NCBI GenBank assembly: GCA_050246815.1
Contig: JBFWVI010000009.1
Span: 1 to 64,000, forward strand
Source: Bdellovibrionales bacterium
GTDB lineage: Bacteria; Bdellovibrionota; Bdellovibrionia; Bdellovibrionales; UBA1609
Length of the DNA: 64,000 nt
Direction of reading: 5' to 3'
The position numbers and the translations under genes are program-made. A model generated the notes under the pieces. It saw only the letters and a list, made by a program, of their open reading frames with translations. It had not been told where the DNA came from and did not search any database. Below are positions 1 through 12,942 of the stretch, in pieces. The first letter of the stretch is position 1. Each line of letters begins with the position of its first letter.

Positions 1-45
1 GGCTATCGTTACACTCCCAAAAGCCAACCGGGGGCGGCACAGTGA
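1..45 (+). CDS. pilO: 3' end of probable type IV pilus assembly protein PilO (partial)
   Basis: Frame 1 reads GYRYTPKSQPGAAQ-stop. Its TGA (43-45) overlaps the GTG start of pilP. The call rests mainly on position in the pilMNOPQ order. Confidence 0.55.
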   Translation, partial: GYRYTPKSQPGAAQ

Positions 46-578
46 TTCGCCGCACTTCTTTTTTCTTACTCTTTCAGATGGTGTTGGCCAGTGTGGCCTG
101 GGCCCAACCCGCGCCGCCGCCACCACCCGTTGCTCCGCCGGCGGCCGTGGATGCGGTGCCCAAGCTCCCCGAAGGTTTAGAGGGCGGTCTTTCCAGTGAG
201 CTTGAAAGTTTTCTTGAGCCCTATATTTATGATCCCAAGGGGCGCCGTGATCCATTCAAGCCCTACGCCGAAACCGCCCCTCTTGAAGAGGGCGAGTTGG
301 CGGGGCCGCTACTGCCTTTGCAGCAATACGATTTGGAGCAGCTTCGCCTGGTCGGAATTTTATGGAATATCGCGGACCCCAAGGCGATGTTCGTCGATCC
401 CAAAAATCAGGTGCATATTGTTCGTCGCGATGAGCGTGTCGGCAAAAAGAACGGCTATGTGGCCGTGATTCGAGAGGGTGAAGTGGTCGTGGTGGAAGCG
501 GTGAATGTAAACGGTGATCTGATGTACTCGACTAGAGTCCTTAAGATTCGCAACAAAGTAAATCAAGATACCCGTTGA
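42..578 (+). CDS. pilP: Type IV pilus assembly protein PilP
   Basis: Signal peptide, Pro-rich linker, Y-x-P-x-GRRDPF motif, PLQQYDLEQLRLVGILW and A-M-F-x-DP core typical of PilP. Lies directly upstream of a secretin. Confidence 0.9.
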   Translation: MIRRTSFFLLFQMVLASVAWAQPAPPPPPVAPPAAVDAVPKLPEGLEGGLSSELESFLEPYIYDPKGRRDPFKPYAETAPLEEGELAGPLLPLQQYDLEQLRLVGILWNIADPKAMFVDPKNQVHIVRRDERVGKKNGYVAVIREGEVVVVEAVNVNGDLMYSTRVLKIRNKVNQDTR

Positions 579-625
579 TTCCAGACTAGGCTACACTTGA
601 CTCAAGTTTAGGTGGGGTATCAAGG

Positions 626-2788
626 ATGATGCGCAAACTCGCCATTGTACTGGCTATAGTACTACTTTTTGGACAAACTTCCTGCACAACGCCCGATTCT
701 TCGGGTGGTGGCGGCGAAGACGAAGTGATCAGCCTCGAGGATGGTCTTGATGAAGGCGGCGACACCGCGGACTCAGGCGATTCCGGAGAGAGCGCTGAAA
801 GCGAACAAGCTGATTCCGGCGGCGGCGAGGAAGCTCCCGCTGAAGAGGCGCCGCCATCAGACGACCTCGGCGAAGAGATCGCCGAAAACGAAGAGTTGGG
901 TGAAGAAGACCTCGAAGGCGAACTCGATCAAGAAGATGAGCTGGCTGAAAAAGCGGAGCCTGCGCCGGCAGAAGAGCCTGCGCCCGAGCAATTGGCCGAG
1001 CCCACGCCCGAGCCCGCCGCTCCTGTTGAGCCTGCACCAATGGAAACCGCGGCTCTTGCCGAAGTGACCAATATCAAATATTTAGCCAACCAAAGCGGTG
1101 GCGCGGTGGTGGTGGAAACTTCACAGCCCGTCAGCTATCAAGTGCGCAATAAGACCGACACCAATCAGTATGTGGTTGAGTTGACCGGCGCGACCTTGCC
1201 CGAACGTTTGAAGCGTCCTTATATCTTGAAAGAGTTTGGTGCGGCCTTTGCGGCGATCAACGCCTATCAAAACCCCGGAGCGACCACCGCCCGTATCGTG
1301 ATCCAATTAAAAGATCAGGGCAGTGAGCCCGTGGTGCAACAAGAAGGCAATTCGATCGTGATCATTCCGGGCACTCCCGGGGTGGATTCTGGAACTTTGG
1401 CCAAAGCTGAAGAGGCCAAAGCCAAAGAAGAAACCGGCAACGATTCCGTTGATCATAAGGCTGCCAACGCCGACGAAAAAGCTTTGGGTGCGCGCAACTT
1501 GGATGAGTTTTTGACCGGCTCGAACCGCTTTTATGGCAACCAAATTTCAGTCGAAGTGAATGACCAAGATATTCGCGATGTTTTGAACTTCGTTTCGGCC
1601 GAGTCGGGCTTGAACCTGATCATGACCGAAGACGTTCAGGGCAAGATCACCATGAAGCTTAGAAACATTCCTTGGGATCAAGCTTTGGTCACGATCATGA
1701 AAGCCAAAAAGCTCGGTTATGTTCGCCAGGGCTCGGTGATCCGCATTTCGACCCTGACCGCGCTGCAAGAAGAAAACGACGCGGCTAAGAAGATCTTGGA
1801 CTCGCAAAGAACTTTGGCGCCGCTGCGTGTGAAAGTGATCCCGATCAGCTACGCGGCTGTGGATGATTTGGCAAAACAAATTCCGCCCTTCTTGACCACC
1901 GGCCGAGGCCACGTGGTCACCGATGCACGCACCAGCGCCCTGATCATCACCGACACCGAAGACATTTTAGAGCGGGTCAGCCGCTTGGTGAAGGAACTCG
2001 ATATCCCGCCGGCACAAGTGATGATCGAAGGCAAAGTGGTCGAAGCCCAAGACAGTTTCACGCAAAGTTTAGGTCTCAACTGGGCCTTGAGCGGCAGCCC
2101 CTATGTGATCGGCAGCGGTAAAGGTGTGAACGGTTCAGATGTGACCCTGCAATCTTCATTGGGCATCACCAACTTGGCGCCTAAGGCGACGGGCCAGCAG
2201 ACCTCACCTCTGGCCATGACTTTAAGGATCGGTCGGTTTGATCTTTTGGGTGATATCACCGCCGCATTGAACTTGGCTGAGCAAGATTCGATGGTGAAGA
2301 TCTTGTCTTCACCGCGGGTCGTGACCATGAACAAAGAAAAGTCGAACATTTCGCAAAAAGGCCAAGTGATCACGGTGCAAACTCTGCGCGATCAACAGGG
2401 CAACACGACCAGAAACCCGGTGCGCACCGACTTCTCGCTGAATTTAGCGGTCACGCCTCAGATCACCGCCGAAGGCAGCGTGATTATGGATGTGGAAGTC
2501 ACTCGCGAATTCCCGGGCGCTATTGAAGATCCTGAAAGCGGAGCGCGTCCGATCAACTCGCGAACCGCCAAAACCAAAGTTCTGGTTTCCGACGGCCAGA
2601 CGGCGGTTATCGGTGGTATCTACAGCGCCGACAACACCACCACCGAAATTGGAGTGCCCTGGCTGCGCCACATTCCGGTCTTAGGGTGGCTGTTCAAATC
2701 CAAGGCCCGCGCCGACACCCGCAACGAGCTCTTGATCTTCCTGACCCCCAAAGTTTTGAATATTAAAGATCAGGCGGCAGAGGGGTAA
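626..2788 (+). CDS. pilQ: Type IV pilus secretin PilQ (lipoprotein-type N-terminus, acidic linker, AMIN-like domain, secretin domain)
   Basis: N0 motif (DIRDVLNFVS...GLNLI...PWDQAL), DARTSALII, QVMIEGKVVE, ILSSPRVVT, GQTAVIGG, VPWLRHIPVLGWLFKS and ELLIFLTPKV secretin signature. Follows pilP. Confidence 0.95.
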   Translation: MMRKLAIVLAIVLLFGQTSCTTPDSSGGGGEDEVISLEDGLDEGGDTADSGDSGESAESEQADSGGGEEAPAEEAPPSDDLGEEIAENEELGEEDLEGELDQEDELAEKAEPAPAEEPAPEQLAEPTPEPAAPVEPAPMETAALAEVTNIKYLANQSGGAVVVETSQPVSYQVRNKTDTNQYVVELTGATLPERLKRPYILKEFGAAFAAINAYQNPGATTARIVIQLKDQGSEPVVQQEGNSIVIIPGTPGVDSGTLAKAEEAKAKEETGNDSVDHKAANADEKALGARNLDEFLTGSNRFYGNQISVEVNDQDIRDVLNFVSAESGLNLIMTEDVQGKITMKLRNIPWDQALVTIMKAKKLGYVRQGSVIRISTLTALQEENDAAKKILDSQRTLAPLRVKVIPISYAAVDDLAKQIPPFLTTGRGHVVTDARTSALIITDTEDILERVSRLVKELDIPPAQVMIEGKVVEAQDSFTQSLGLNWALSGSPYVIGSGKGVNGSDVTLQSSLGITNLAPKATGQQTSPLAMTLRIGRFDLLGDITAALNLAEQDSMVKILSSPRVVTMNKEKSNISQKGQVITVQTLRDQQGNTTRNPVRTDFSLNLAVTPQITAEGSVIMDVEVTREFPGAIEDPESGARPINSRTAKTKVLVSDGQTAVIGGIYSADNTTTEIGVPWLRHIPVLGWLFKSKARADTRNELLIFLTPKVLNIKDQAAEG

Positions 2789-2917
2789 CCCAACAAAGTT
2801 CACGGGCCAAAGCAGGCGGAAGTCTTCGGCCGGTGGCCCAGGCCTGCAAGCTCGGCCCGCTCACCGAGCTCGGCCGCAGTGGCGGGTCACCGAAACTGTG
2901 ATTTGATTTCGATCCGT

Positions 2918-3445
2918 CTATTTTGTCGAGAATGAAACTGTTTTGTACAGACGATCTTCGGGGACGGCGCCAGTGCCAACCCATCCTTGCACTTCACATT
3001 CCACTGAGTAGGTAAGCGAAAGCACATCTTTTTCTAGTCCGTCAGCGAAGATGGTAAAGGTCGGCGTTGATGTGGCTCCGGCTAAAACTTCATCCAAATA
3101 GGCTTCGTTCTCTGCGCCAGTGTAATCCGAAGGTTTAACAGTCACTGTGGAGGTTGTAATCACTCCTGTGGTGGTGATGGCCATGACCTTAAAGAGCAGA
3201 CTTTGAATCGTGATCGGTTTGGTTGAATTGTTGACAACTGTGTAGTTGACCGCAAACCAAGGCGCTGTGATCTCCACTTCATTGTCGGTGCCTGCATTCA
3301 GTGTGAAATCCGACAAAATCACAATGGGAGTTTTGGGGTGAATTTGAAAATTGACCTGCTTGCTGATGGTGTTTTCATCACCACAATTCACAAGGCTCAT
3401 CATGGCCATCGCGACCAAGCTCAGTCGTAACCCCAGTTGTTTCAT
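2918..3445 (-). CDS. Hypothetical beta-rich lipoprotein, paralog of 4952..5461
   Basis: GGAGGG RBS, signal peptide ending SLVNC, and clear similarity to the 4952..5461 product (shared VILSDFTLN, APWFA, YLD, GW-x-GT, DRL, terminal TK). Confidence 0.75.
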   Translation of the reverse strand: MKQLGLRLSLVAMAMMSLVNCGDENTISKQVNFQIHPKTPIVILSDFTLNAGTDNEVEITAPWFAVNYTVVNNSTKPITIQSLLFKVMAITTTGVITTSTVTVKPSDYTGAENEAYLDEVLAGATSTPTFTIFADGLEKDVLSLTYSVECEVQGWVGTGAVPEDRLYKTVSFSTK

Positions 3446-3493
3446 CCGGCCCTCCGTGGAAGGTCTTCAATTGCTTAAGGATTTCCATATCCA

Positions 3494-3521
3494 TTATCGG
3501 CATAAATCGTCGTTTTTTTGA
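3494..3521 (-). promoter_or_regulatory. Sigma-28 (FliA)-like promoter for the 2918..3445 gene
   Basis: Minus strand reads TCAAA-N15-GCCGATAA. The -10 matches the FliA consensus exactly and the spacing is canonical. Confidence 0.65.
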
Positions 3522-3538
3522 GATCTTAAGGTCGCCTT

Positions 3539-3553
3539 GTCTCATTTCTAGAC
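3539..3553. promoter_or_regulatory. Imperfect palindrome GTCTCA-TTT-CTAGAC (putative operator)
   Basis: Two mismatches to the perfect GTCTCA-N3-TGAGAC at 17262-17276. Extends to TTGTCT-N7-AGACAA. Lies in a divergent intergenic region. Confidence 0.4.
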
Positions 3554-3590
3554 AATGGACAGGGCGTTAAAAGCATAATAAACCAGAGGC

Positions 3591-4934
3591 ATGGATTTAT
3601 TCACCCAAAGTGCCAACAATTTCGCAGCACAAATGGGACCTTTGGCCGAACGCCTAAGGCCCACAACAGCGAAAGATTTGGTTGGTCTGCCGCGTGACAC
3701 GGGCCCGTGGCGATTGGTGTGGCGCGCCCTTGAGGGCCATGGGCTGTCCACCAATCTGATTTTTTGGGGACCACCCGGAACTGGTAAGACCTCTTTGGCT
3801 CGCGTTCTTGCCACGGTCTGCGAAGCCCATTTTGTTGCGGTGAACGCTATCGATTCGGGCGCTAAAGAATTGCGCCAAATTGGGGAACAGGCCCGCTACC
3901 GCCGCGGCCAAGACCAACGTCCAACAGTTTTGTTTATTGATGAAATCCATCGTTTGAACAAAGGTCAGCAAGATGTGCTGTTGCCATTCAGCGAGCGCGG
4001 TGATTTTGTTTTAATTGGCGCCACCACCGAAAACCCCTCTTATGAGTTGAACCAGGCCTTGCTCAGCCGCTGCCAAGTGGTGAAGTTTGAACGCTTGGTG
4101 GAATCTGATCTGCTCCAATTACTCGAAAAGGCCTCCGCCAAAGAGCAAGCAGACTTGGATCAAATTCTGACTAAGCCGGCACAAGAGCAACTGCTGCGCT
4201 CAAGTGACGGCGATGCCCGCCGCCTGCTGACCCAGTTTGAGTCCATTTTGCTTTTAACCCGTGCCGATGTGAGCATCATCACTCCTTTAACTCCTGAAAG
4301 CATGACAACCCTTCTGGACAAACCAACACTGGGTTATCAAAAAACCGGTGATGATCACTACGATTGCATTTCGGCCTTTATCAAAAGTGTGCGTGGCAGC
4401 GATCCTGATGCTGCTGTTTATTATTTGGTGCGTATGCTGGAAAGCGGTGAAGACCCGGTGTTCATCGCCCGCCGCCTGGTGATTTTGGCATCGGAAGACA
4501 TTGGCAACGCGGATCCACGTGGTCTCAGCGTGGCGGTGGCGGGACTGCAAGCCGTCGAATTGGTCGGTATGCCCGAAGCCTCCATCAGTCTTGCACAAGT
4601 GACCACCTACCTCGCTTCTGCGCCAAAATCGAATGCTTCCTACATGGCGCTTAAAAATGCAGAAAAAGTGGTCCGCGAAACGGGGCGTGAAGAGGTGCCG
4701 CTGGCTTTGCGTTCATCAAAAACCCAACTCAACAAGGGCATGGGCTACGGCAAAGGCTATCTGTATTCGCACGATGGTCCGCGCGGCTTCCAAGCCCAAG
4801 AATTTTTACCCGAACGTCTGCGCGGCCAAAAATTTTACGAGCCTAAAGAGCTGGGCTTCGAAAAAAACATCCGCCAATATCTGGCCTGGATCCGCGGTCA
4901 AAAAAGAACTGGTGCAGAATCGGGCGAATCTTAA
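3591..4934 (+). CDS. rarA: Replication-associated recombination protein A (RarA/MgsA AAA+ ATPase)
   Basis: WGPPGTGKT Walker A, LFIDEIHRLNKGQQDVLLP, GATTENPS, GDARR, HYDCISAFIKSVRGSDPDAA, ASEDIGNADP, APKSNASY and GYGKGY motifs. Confidence 0.96.
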   Translation: MDLFTQSANNFAAQMGPLAERLRPTTAKDLVGLPRDTGPWRLVWRALEGHGLSTNLIFWGPPGTGKTSLARVLATVCEAHFVAVNAIDSGAKELRQIGEQARYRRGQDQRPTVLFIDEIHRLNKGQQDVLLPFSERGDFVLIGATTENPSYELNQALLSRCQVVKFERLVESDLLQLLEKASAKEQADLDQILTKPAQEQLLRSSDGDARRLLTQFESILLLTRADVSIITPLTPESMTTLLDKPTLGYQKTGDDHYDCISAFIKSVRGSDPDAAVYYLVRMLESGEDPVFIARRLVILASEDIGNADPRGLSVAVAGLQAVELVGMPEASISLAQVTTYLASAPKSNASYMALKNAEKVVRETGREEVPLALRSSKTQLNKGMGYGKGYLYSHDGPRGFQAQEFLPERLRGQKFYEPKELGFEKNIRQYLAWIRGQKRTGAESGES

Positions 4935-4951
4935 GTCTGGCGCGGTGAGTT

Positions 4952-5461
4952 TTATTTCGTCTCGAACGAGTAGCTTTTACTTAGGCGGTCCACCGGCATT
5001 TGTGGGGTGCCAAACCAACCCATAATTTCCACGGTCACGCGAAATTGAGTGTGGTTGTTTGGATCAAAAAGCCCATCGATAAAGAGGGGCAGGCAGGCCT
5101 CCACTTCGGATTCGGCAGGTATAAAATCCAAGTACGCGGGATTATGTTCGCGGCCGCAAGCGTCCACACCCGCATAATCGCTCGCCTTTAGAATGATTTT
5201 AGTTTCCCTTCCCCCTGAATTCACCACGGTGAATTTAAGCGTTTGCAGGGTGATTGATGTGTTCGAGCCATTTTTAATGGAGTAGGTCGTGGCAAACCAG
5301 GGTGCGCGAATTTCTCGTTCGGTGTCTTTGCCTGGATTGAGAGTGAAGTCAGACAGAATGACCACAGGCAAACTCGGGTTCATTTTAAAATCGATTTGTT
5401 CATTTTGCGCGGCCTGTGCCAACTGACTGGCCAAACATAAAGCCAAAATCTGAGCTCGCAT
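4952..5461 (-). CDS. Hypothetical secreted protein, paralog of 2918..3445
   Basis: Start moved to ATG 5461 (GGGGGA RBS upstream). Signal peptide MRAQILALCLASQLAQA. Alignable end to end with the 2918..3445 product. Confidence 0.75.
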   Translation of the reverse strand: MRAQILALCLASQLAQAAQNEQIDFKMNPSLPVVILSDFTLNPGKDTEREIRAPWFATTYSIKNGSNTSITLQTLKFTVVNSGGRETKIILKASDYAGVDACGREHNPAYLDFIPAESEVEACLPLFIDGLFDPNNHTQFRVTVEIMGWFGTPQMPVDRLSKSYSFETK

Positions 5462-5504
5462 AAGTCCCCCCGTGAAGACAGCAGGACTCAAGTGTAAGGA
5501 GGAG

Positions 5505-5915
5505 TTAGCCGCGTTGCAAGCGGTTCCAAATACTCTGCAACTTGGTTTTGATGGTGGATTCGCTGAACGGTTTCACCACATAATCCGAAACCCCTAAGGC
5601 CACCGCGCGCAGCACGTAATCGCGCTCGCTTTCGATGGTGATCATCAAAAAGGGCACATTGACGAAGCGCGGATCCGCATTACGCGCTTCAAGCAAATCC
5701 AAACCCGTCATATTGGGCATATTCCAGTCGCAGATGATAAACTGAAAAGGGTTTTTTTCGGCGATAGCCGACTTCATCATCGACAGCGCCTGTTGGCCGT
5801 CTTCGGCTTCGTGGACATCGTTAAAGCCCAACTTTTCCAAAATATCGCGCAACATGGTGCGAATGGTTTTGGTGTCGTCGGCAATCAAAAATTTAGTCGA
5901 ACTATCAAACATCAT
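5505..5915 (-). CDS. CheY-like single-domain response regulator
   Basis: FLIADD, EAEDG, ICDWNMPNMTGLDLL (phospho-Asp), MIT and YVVKPF receiver motifs. No output domain. Confidence 0.92.
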   Translation of the reverse strand: MMFDSSTKFLIADDTKTIRTMLRDILEKLGFNDVHEAEDGQQALSMMKSAIAEKNPFQFIICDWNMPNMTGLDLLEARNADPRFVNVPFLMITIESERDYVLRAVALGVSDYVVKPFSESTIKTKLQSIWNRLQRG

Positions 5916-6005
5916 CCGGCCTTTAAAGAATCCTAACGGCGTCGTCCGGATTGCGCAACCCCGACACTGTTAAAATTTTCTCGCGCTTCGAAGTGAAGCA
6001 GGCAG

Positions 6006-6311
6006 TCAAAACGTTTTCTGGGCACAGATACATAGACAAGGTTGTTCGCCCTCAACATGTTTTGAATGGCGTGTGTTCGATGGAATGATGATTTTATCTC
6101 CCGCCCGAAGCAGCAGTCGATTGCCGGCGATGTCCAGCATCATTTGTCCTTCGGCCACCATGCGCACTTCATCAAATGGATGGCGGTGGTCCGCCACATT
6201 GGTCTGTGGCGGGAACAGTTCTTCGTAGGGGGTCAAGCCCTCCGCTTCGAACATCATTTTGATTTGCTGTTTGGTCGGCACCATGGGTGCCTGCCACCGA
6301 GTGACCAACAT
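6006..6311 (-). CDS. Cupin-domain protein
   Basis: HRHPFDEVRMV-x-EG and AGDKIIIPSNTRH cupin motifs. Start reassigned to ATG 6311 (GAGGAG RBS), which removes the overlap with the divergent gene. Confidence 0.85.
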   Translation of the reverse strand: MLVTRWQAPMVPTKQQIKMMFEAEGLTPYEELFPPQTNVADHRHPFDEVRMVAEGQMMLDIAGNRLLLRAGDKIIIPSNTRHSKHVEGEQPCLCICAQKTF

Positions 6312-6433
6312 CCGACTCTCCTCGCTCTGCTGTCTAAACAGTTGACGAATTATGCGCTCATTAGGTTGTGCCACCTCGTCACCCGTCGGGTCAATTTGTC
6401 TTGAAGTGAGTCTATCTTCGCCAAAGAGCGATA

Positions 6434-7054
6434 TTGATACAGGACAATACTCCAAAAATGGGGCCGTTTCTTAAGTCCGTTGACGAGGGGGTCGAAGAGA
6501 GGGTTGTCCAAGGCTCGAGTAGCTTTGCTGGAGGACTGAACTTGAACAGCGTCAATGACCCAAGCCAAAATGGCCCGAATGTGCGAAAAATCGCCGATTT
6601 CGTTGCGCAGAGCGCCGGGCTCAAGTCCTGGTGCCTTAACGACCGCATTGAAATCCTGCAGAAAACCGATGGCAAGCGACTGGCCTTTCACGACACGGAT
6701 GTGGACGAAGTCATCCCGCGTTTGGATTCCGATGGTCAGCCTTTTCTGCAAATTAACTTTAACTCAGGTAAAAAAATTCTTCTGACAGATAACTTTATTG
6801 GTTTTAAGCCCGCTCAATGTGTGGGCCTTGATATGGACCGCCTGCCGAAGGTCGTCACCACTCCCGATTTGATCAGCGTCGTCGAGGCGATCGAAGAGAG
6901 CATGACCACGCAAATCACCAATGAAGAAGTCGATGTTTTGCGCCGCGTGTTTGACTCCGTCTTAAAGGGGGGCGAATCGATTGGTTTTGATCTCACCTCT
7001 GAACGCATGTGGCTTCAGCGCATAACCAAGTCGACAGGCAAAGCTTCTGCTTAA
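6434..7054 (+). CDS. Hypothetical protein (start uncertain)
   Basis: 206-codon ORF filling the gap before the tRNA/rRNA promoter region, with a globular-looking C-terminal two thirds. No family recognised. Confidence 0.7.
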   Translation: MIQDNTPKMGPFLKSVDEGVEERVVQGSSSFAGGLNLNSVNDPSQNGPNVRKIADFVAQSAGLKSWCLNDRIEILQKTDGKRLAFHDTDVDEVIPRLDSDGQPFLQINFNSGKKILLTDNFIGFKPAQCVGLDMDRLPKVVTTPDLISVVEAIEESMTTQITNEEVDVLRRVFDSVLKGGESIGFDLTSERMWLQRITKSTGKASA

Positions 7055-7208
7055 TAAATAAATATAATTTATATTAATCAATTTCGCTCAAGTGGCTTGC
7101 CGTTTTAAGCCCTTCTTCGGGCTCCCGTCCCCCAGTTTTTAAAAACCAACCCCCTCAAACCTCAAATCCCGGTTTTTAGGCCCTAAAACAGCTTTTTTTC
7201 GCCGCCGC

Positions 7209-7237
7209 TTGACTGTCTGCCCGCGATTAAGCATCTT
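7209..7237 (+). promoter_or_regulatory. Putative sigma-70 promoter for tRNA-Ala
   Basis: TTGACT-N17-CATCTT followed by a GC-rich discriminator-like stretch, 28 nt before the tRNA. Confidence 0.45.
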
Positions 7238-7265
7238 AGCCCCTCGCGCGATTTGCGAAGCCCGT

Positions 7266-7341
<76 letters not shown>

Positions 7342-7442
7342 CTAAAGCTTCGCCGATTAAGCGATAAGGTGTTGTAAACACTTGAGTTTTTCGCCCACTC
7401 GAAACTGCAAAACTTTTCTTCGAAAAAGATTGCGAATTGAGA

Positions 7443-7472
7443 TTGACGTGAGCCCCTCAAGTCCATTAGAAC
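7443..7472 (+). promoter_or_regulatory. Putative rRNA operon promoter
   Basis: TTGACG-N18-TAGAAC just upstream of boxA. Confidence 0.45.
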
Positions 7473-7491
7473 CCTTAGCTCTGCAAAAAAC

Positions 7492-7520
7492 TGCTCTTTG
7501 AAAACTAAATAGCTAGTCAA
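7492..7520 (+). promoter_or_regulatory. rrn leader boxA and 5' strand of the 16S processing stem
   Basis: TGCTCTTTGAAAA boxA-like motif. GCTCTTTGAAAACTAAATAGCTAGTCAA is complementary to TTGACTAGCTGTTTAGTTTTGAGAGAGC at ~9251-9278. A second boxA-like TGATCTTTGAAAA lies at ~9479. Confidence 0.8.
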
Positions 7521-7666
7521 CACAAGAAGGTTTTAGGTCTCGATCCTTTGAAGACCGCAAGGTCGGCTAAAGGAACGAGTCAATGAATTTTTAGTTTTGT
7601 CATGCAATACGTTGAAAAACGATTTGATGCTTAGACAAACTATTTTGTTTAAAAATTTAAAAGTTT

Positions 7667-9192
<1,526 letters not shown>

Positions 9193-9333
9193 TTTAGACT
9201 GTCGAACGGTGTTCGGCACGTCTCACTTCGTTGGTCATCCCTAAGACCTTTTGACTAGCTGTTTAGTTTTGAGAGAGCACAAAGCCACTTTGCGGTACGT
9301 TGTTTCTGGTGGCGGTGTAGATAGAAGACCTAG

Positions 9334-9410
<77 letters not shown>

Positions 9411-9642
9411 TCTTTTCAAGCAAGAGTTCGCGGAAGCGAAAGTTTGCTTGAGAATATGAGAGGCGAAAGCTTTCTCTGTGATCTTTGAAAATAGAATATA
9501 TTTGTTATCGATAGTTAAGTTTTTAACTATCAGCAAAAAAACCATAAGTTTTTTATTTTTTAGATTAGAGAAAAGATAAGAATTACTACCTAACAAAAAT
9601 TAGGTTCAAGTAATTCTTAGCAAGGTGAGTTCAAATACGAAT

Positions 9643-12623
<2,981 letters not shown>

Positions 12624-12670
12624 GTTTATTTGAACTCAATCCTTGCTAAGAATGACTTGTGCTTAATTTT

Positions 12671-12787
12671 TGCTGGTGTCTATAGCGGCGGGGCCACACC
12701 TGATCCCATCCCGAACTCAGAAGTTAAGTCCGCCAGCGGCGATGGTAGTGCAGCGGTAACGCTGTGGGAGAGTAGCACGATGCCAGC
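12671..12787 (+). rRNA. rrf: 5S ribosomal RNA
   Basis: CACCTGATCCCATCCCGAACTCAGAAGTTAAG, GATGGTAGTG and GGGAGAGTAG motifs. GCTGG/CCAGC terminal stem. Confidence 0.97.
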
Positions 12788-12797
12788 TTTTTTTTGT

Positions 12798-12835
12798 AAA
12801 GCCCGTCTTGGGAGACCAAGACGGGCTTTTTTTTT
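12798..12835 (+). terminator. Rho-independent terminator of the rRNA operon
   Basis: AAAGCCCGTCTTGG-GAGA-CCAAGACGGGCTTT hairpin followed by a T run. Confidence 0.92.
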
Positions 12836-12870
12836 GCCTTTTTGAGGTCATTGCCATGACTTTGCCCGCC

Positions 12871-12900
12871 TTGATTCGTTTTCGTGATTCCCCGTAGAAT
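12871..12900 (+). promoter_or_regulatory. Putative sigma-70 promoter of the exporter operon
   Basis: TTGATT-N18-TAGAAT about 40 nt before the TolC-family start. Confidence 0.45.
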
Positions 12901-12942
12901 TCCAAATGGTTTTTTAGTCCATTCGAAGGCAGTGGGAAACAT

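Noticed and set aside
2918..5461. rarA as cargo of a composite mobile element bounded by the two paralogs
   Set aside because: The flanking genes are diverged exported proteins, not transposases, and no terminal DNA repeats are visible.
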